Under the pieces are notes generated by a model. That model was given only the letters and a program-made list of their open reading frames with translations. It had not been told where the DNA came from and searched no databases. Below are positions 50,557 through 54,832 of a stretch of DNA of 54,832 bases, piece by piece; the stretch's first letter is position 1; every line of letters starts with the position of its first letter. Position numbers and translations under genes: made by a program. The stretch is from an uncultured Desulfobacterales bacterium (GTDB taxonomy: Bacteria > Desulfobacterota > DSM-4660 > Desulfatiglandales > HGW-15): assembly GCA_964591925.1 (NCBI GenBank), contig CAZQCK010000003.1:2936-57767 (forward strand). Direction: 5' to 3'.

Positions 50557-51805
50557 ACAGTCCTGGACCGTCTTCTGGCTGCTGTTCCTTCTGTACATGT
50601 TCGATTACATGGATCGTATGGTGATCGTGTCCCTGTTCCCCTTCCTGAAGAGGGACATGGGCATGACCGACGCCCAGTGCGGTCTCCTGGTCTCCGCGGT
50701 GTACTGGTCCATCCTGGCGTTTTCCTTTCCTGTATCCATCCTGGTGGACCGCTGGAGCCGCACCAGAAGCATCTCCATCATGGCCGCCTTCTGGAGCCTG
50801 GCCACCCTGGCCTGCGCGTTCACCAGAACCTTTCCGCAGCTATTCATGGCCAGGACTGCCATCGGCGTGGGGGAGGCCGGCTACGCCCCGGGCGGAACCG
50901 CCATGCTCTCGGCCCGTTTCCCCAAGGAGCAGAGGGCCAGGATCCTCGGGCTGTGGAACGCCTCCATTCCCCTGGGGAGCGCACTGGGCATCGGCATCGG
51001 CGGGCTGGTCGCCCAGCATTTAGGCTGGCGACACGCGTTCGGGCTCGTGGCCCTCCCGGGCATGATCCTGGCTGTGTGGTTCTACTTCGTGCAGGACTAC
51101 GAAACCATCCGGCTCACCCGCAAGGAAAAAACCGGACAAGAGGTCAAGATGCAGTTCGGGGACATTGCCCGGCAGTTCACCCACAACCGGACCCTGCTCT
51201 GCAACAACCTGGCCTTTGCCCTGAACGTCTTCGTCACCACGGCCCTCCTCACCTGGCTGCCCACCTACTTTCACCGCTTCGGCCACCTGGACATGGACAA
51301 GGCGAGCATGAAGGCCGGCTCCGTCATGCTCCTCGCCATCATCGGCGCGCCCCTGGGCGGATTCCTGTCCGACGCGTGGATGAAAAGACGGGAGAACGCC
51401 CGCCTACTGTTCCCGGCCGCATCCTCCGCTCTCACCGGGCTTCTGCTCTACATCGCCTTCTCCTTCCTCCACGGAAACGCCCAGTACCTCCTCCTGCTCC
51501 TCATCGGCGTGACCGCCGTGGGCTTCGTCCCCTCGGGCGTGGCCGTGACCCAGGACGTAGTGCACCCGGGGCTCCGCGCGATCTCCCTGAGCGTGAGCAT
51601 CGTCATTCAGCACCTTCTGGGCTCGAGCCTCGCGCCCGTTGTCATCGGCAGGCTCTCTGACGCCTACGGCCTCGAGACCGCCATGACCTTACTACCCCTG
51701 TTCGCAGGCCTTGCCGGGGTGCTACTCCTGCTCGGATCCTTTTCCTACAAAAAGGACCTGTATGAGGAGATACCGGAGCCCTTCGAAGCCGTTCCCACCC
51801 CCTGA
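50549..51805 (+). CDS. MFS transporter
   Basis: FDYMDR, DRWSR loop, ARTAIGVGEAGY, about 12 TM helices. Confidence 0.93.
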   Translation: MPKQSWTVFWLLFLLYMFDYMDRMVIVSLFPFLKRDMGMTDAQCGLLVSAVYWSILAFSFPVSILVDRWSRTRSISIMAAFWSLATLACAFTRTFPQLFMARTAIGVGEAGYAPGGTAMLSARFPKEQRARILGLWNASIPLGSALGIGIGGLVAQHLGWRHAFGLVALPGMILAVWFYFVQDYETIRLTRKEKTGQEVKMQFGDIARQFTHNRTLLCNNLAFALNVFVTTALLTWLPTYFHRFGHLDMDKASMKAGSVMLLAIIGAPLGGFLSDAWMKRRENARLLFPAASSALTGLLLYIAFSFLHGNAQYLLLLLIGVTAVGFVPSGVAVTQDVVHPGLRAISLSVSIVIQHLLGSSLAPVVIGRLSDAYGLETAMTLLPLFAGLAGVLLLLGSFSYKKDLYEEIPEPFEAVPTP

Positions 51806-51820
51806 GCGAAAGGACACACC

Positions 51821-52276
51821 TTGCTGCATATCTTTATCGATGCGGACGCCTGCCCGGTAAAGCAGGAGATCTACCGGGTTGCAGAGAGACACGGCCTACA
51901 GGTCACCCTGGTGTCCAACGCCTGGATGCGGGTTCCGCCGGAACCGTGGGTCACCCTCGAACTGGTGGCCGAAGGCCCAGATGCGGCGGACGACTGGATC
52001 GCAAAGCACGTTCAGCACCACGACATCGTGGTCACCGCCGACATCCCCCTCGCCGACCGCTGCCTGAAAGCGGGCGCCCGGGTGCTCGGCACCACTGGAA
52101 AGCCCTTCACCGAGGACAACATCGGCCCGGCCCTGGCCACTCGGAACCTCCTCTCGGACCTCCGGGACGAGGGTTTGGTCGCGGGCGGCCCACCTCCCAT
52201 GCAGAAACGCGACCGATCGCGGTTTCTCCACCAGCTGGACGAGATGATCCACGCCATCCGGCGCGACCACCTCTGA
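51821..52276 (+). CDS. YaiI/YqxD (UPF0178) family protein
   Basis: IDADACPVK, DAADDWI, VTADIPLA. Confidence 0.95.
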   Translation: MLHIFIDADACPVKQEIYRVAERHGLQVTLVSNAWMRVPPEPWVTLELVAEGPDAADDWIAKHVQHHDIVVTADIPLADRCLKAGARVLGTTGKPFTEDNIGPALATRNLLSDLRDEGLVAGGPPPMQKRDRSRFLHQLDEMIHAIRRDHL

Positions 52277-52291
52277 ACGCCCCCGAAGATT

Positions 52292-52471
52292 TTATTCCTT
52301 TTCCATGATCCGGCAGACCGCTATCCGGTGTTTCCCGTCCGCCTCGAAATAGCAGACTTCCATCCTGTCCCCGATCATGCCGGCCTCAAAATACCCGTCA
52401 TGATCAGCCATGCGGATCTCACCGTTGGATTTGATCACCCCGACTACGTCCTCGCACTCGTGCTGGCTGAA
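52292..52471 (-). pseudogene. 3' remnant of an unidentified gene fused at the fdh breakpoint
   Basis: Start-less, protein-like open frame ..EDVVGVIKSNGEIRMADHDGYFEAGMIGDRMEVCYFEADGKHRIAVCRIMEKE* that begins where Fdh similarity ends. Confidence 0.55.
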
Positions 52472-54253
52472 ATACTTCAGTATTGATTCTTTCTGCTTCA
52501 GTCATGTCTTTCTGCCAGAAACAGGCGGTCTCCGTTTCAAACAGATCCACGGCCACGATCCAGTCAAGTTTTGCCAGAGCCTCCTGTTCCCTTCCAGCAT
52601 TGGGGCCGCTGACCACCGGGTTCTGGCCGAAGAGAACCAGCCCTTTCACAACCTCGTGGTCAATGTCCTTGAAAAGAGACATGTAGGAATGATGGCCGCT
52701 TCTTCTGGGCAGATAGTCGTAGCAGAAACCGTTTTCCGATGTGGCCCGATACCCATACCAGGCTTTCAACAGTGAGACCATATAGTCCGGCGTATGCTGC
52801 CACCAGTTGGCGGATTTGAGGTCAGGGGAGGTCGGCGTGTAAGCCTTCGGATATGCTTCCAGGCTGTCGTCTCTTGAAGTCGGGGATTTGAGATATCCGG
52901 GCAGCAGGTGGTAGAGAATGGCCATGTCCGTGGACCCCTGGACATTGGATTCCCCCCGCAGGGCGTTAATGCCGCCGCCGGCAATTCCGATGTTCCCCAG
53001 CAGAAGCTGGAGGATAGAATAAGATCGAATGTTCTGGACCCCGTGACTGCTCTGGGTGGCGCCCATGGCATAGAGCCATGTTCCGGACTTGTCGTTTCGA
53101 AAGGTGCGGGTGAAAAGATCGCAGATTTTTTCATACTGGTCCGTCGGCGCGCCGGTGATGTCGCACACGGTTCGAAGGTCATAGCGTTTGAAATGGTTTT
53201 TCAGAAGCTGAAAGACACAGCGGTCGTTTGAAAGGGTTTCATCTTTTTGCGGCAGGCCTGACCCGTCCAGTTCAAAAGACCATTTGGATTTGTCATATCT
53301 AAAGCCGGCCGGGTCAAATCCGGAAAACAGGCCTTCATGAAACCGAAAGTCTGTTCCCACCATAAAAGCGGCATTTGTGTTATCTATCAGGTATTGCGTG
53401 TTAATTCTTTGATTCTCTATAGCATAATTGATCATGCCGCCCACAAAGGCGATATCGGTTCCGCTTCTTATTGTGCAGTAATGGTCGGCAAATGCCGAGG
53501 TCCGGATGAAGCGGGGATCAACGGAAAGGATGACGGCGCCCCTGCTTCTGGCCGCTTCCAGCCACCTGGTCGCGACCGGGTGGTTCTCGGCGACATTGGA
53601 GCCCATGATCATAACCATGTCGGCATTGGCCAAGTCGATCCAATGGTTGGTCATGGCGCCCCGGCCGAAACTGGCCGCCAGACCGGCAACCGTGGAGCTG
53701 TGTCAGATTCGGGCCTGATGTTCGATACGGGTGACGCCCAGGGAGCGGGCAAGTTTAACGTAAAGGTAGCACTCCTCATTATCCAGGGCCGCGCCGCCCA
53801 GGCAGGCAATGGTATCGGTGCGGTTGACGACCGTGTCCTCTTCTTTATGGATAAAACCGGCATCCCGGGTATGTTTGATCCGTTTGGCGATCTGCTCCAG
53901 CGCCCAGGGCCAGGATTTTTCCTCAAAGGATGTTCCGCCCGGCGGGCGGTAGAGGACCTTGTCCAGGCGGCGGGGGTTGTTGACCATCTGCGGCAGCGCC
54001 TGTCCCTTGGCGCATAAGGCGCCCTGGTTAACGGGGTGGTCCGGATCGCCGCAGATATCCGTAACCCGGTTTTTTCCCGATATACCAGAAGTCCGCAGCC
54101 CACGGCACAGAAAGGGCAGACGGAAGTGACATAATCTGATTGTTGATCCGGAAGTTTGCTCCGGCATCTGGCTGATGTGTTGTTTCCGGCTGTGCCGATG
54201 CCCAGCGCACCCAGGCTGCTGATCTTCAGGAAAGACCTTCGAGAAATATCCAT
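52419..54253 (-). pseudogene. fdnG: Selenocysteine formate dehydrogenase alpha subunit (FdnG/FdhA type), frameshifted and 3'-truncated
   Basis: Tat signal SRRSFLK; CPFCAVGC...LCAKG split by a frameshift at the A6 run 54070-54075; EHQARI-U-HSSTV...GRGAMTNHW; ALRGESNVQGSTD; similarity stops at NTEVF (~600 of ~1000 aa). Confidence 0.9.
53673..53705 (-). promoter_or_regulatory. In-frame UGA (Sec) and bacterial SECIS hairpin
   Basis: TGA (53705-53703), 11 nt, then GGTTGCC-GGTCT-GGCGGCC; resembles the E. coli fdhF element GGTTGCAGGTCTGCACC. Confidence 0.85.
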
Positions 54254-54487
54254 ATGGTTAAACCGATACCTTTTGAATTTGTTAAGGATAAGATTTTTTT
54301 ATTATGACCATCCTCTATAACAAGACCGAGATTGTGTGTCAATATTTTCCGGGTCACAATATGTTAAAAAGCATTTCAGATAAGTGTGGCAGGGCGTTTT
54401 AAGAAGAAAAGAGAAATCGGGAAAAGCATTCAGCCTAACTCCGTTAAATAATTGGCGTCAAATTGCTTTAAATATGAATATAGGGCA

Positions 54488-54516
54488 TTGACAATCTGTT
54501 ATAATTTCGGTATATT
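54488..54516 (+). promoter_or_regulatory. Sigma70 promoter divergent from fdh
   Basis: TTGACA-N17-TATATT in AT-rich DNA. Confidence 0.6.
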
Positions 54517-54575
54517 ACCTTGCCAAAGCACTTTATTATCGGGTTCACCCTCAGGGTGAAAGGAGGTTGGCGAGC

Positions 54576-54689
54576 ATGGGCCATGGGGGCCTGGTACTCA
54601 TTCTGGAGATGACTCACCTGTGCGGCCTTTACGATTTGTGTCGAGAAGTGAGTACGAACAAGCAGGCACTGAGAGAAGTGTGCTCATAA
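54576..54689 (+). CDS. Possible 37-aa small ORF
   Basis: AGGAGG 9 nt before the ATG, downstream of the promoter; MGHGGLVLILEMTHLCGLYDLCREVSTNKQALREVCS; no recognised family. Confidence 0.25.
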   Translation: MGHGGLVLILEMTHLCGLYDLCREVSTNKQALREVCS

Positions 54690-54832
54690 GCGACATATCT
54701 TTGCAATATATGCTTGTTAAAACGCTTCTGTAATGCTCTTGCCTGCATTGATAGGCACTGATTGAATCAGGACGTTGCGCACATCTTCGATTTTGCTCTG
54801 AATGCGCGAGAAGTGGGTCTCGGGGCGGAGGC

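Noticed and set aside
54064-54080. Programmed -1 frameshift in fdh
   Set aside because: In the initiating frame (CGG GAA AAA ACC) there is no canonical X XXY YYZ heptamer, and the gene is truncated anyway.

Overview
The window is chromosomal DNA from an anaerobic, GC-rich Desulfobacterota (deltaproteobacterial) genome, judged from gene content and order. The left ~23 kb is housekeeping: a beta-flower-repeat gene cut by the window edge, rny, zapA/zapB, the atpF'FHAGDC operon (no atpB/atpE), bactofilin, mreBCD-mrdA-rodA, the divergent rpmH-rnpA-yidD-yidC-jag-mnmE operon and thiD-thiC. The right ~31 kb is accessory: a CHASE2 adenylate cyclase, ydcF, dtd, a Tat-exported peptide/nickel-type ABC transporter, a coupled AOR-family oxidoreductase plus non-pyrrolysine MttB methyltransferase, a B12 radical SAM gene, larB, an orphan hdrB, a crotonase, a nitrilase, an NnrR-like regulator with DUF1858-hcp, a D-Ala-D-Ala dipeptidase, a 4Fe-4S/UroD-like/MFS/yaiI operon and a broken selenocysteine formate dehydrogenase gene. 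I saw no rRNA, tRNA, CRISPR array or transposase. The most unusual signal is missing from the ORF track: a 57-aa minus-strand micro-ORF (40801-40974) with a strong RBS and a near-consensus sigma54 promoter, whose product is essentially just the conserved chemoreceptor (MCP) hairpin-tip motif. Other highlights are an NnrR-type box at a class II position before DUF1858-hcp, two MITE families (one with both an empty and a filled site in the window) and four gene remnants that look like deletion scars. All family calls come from motif recognition by eye; no database searches were run.
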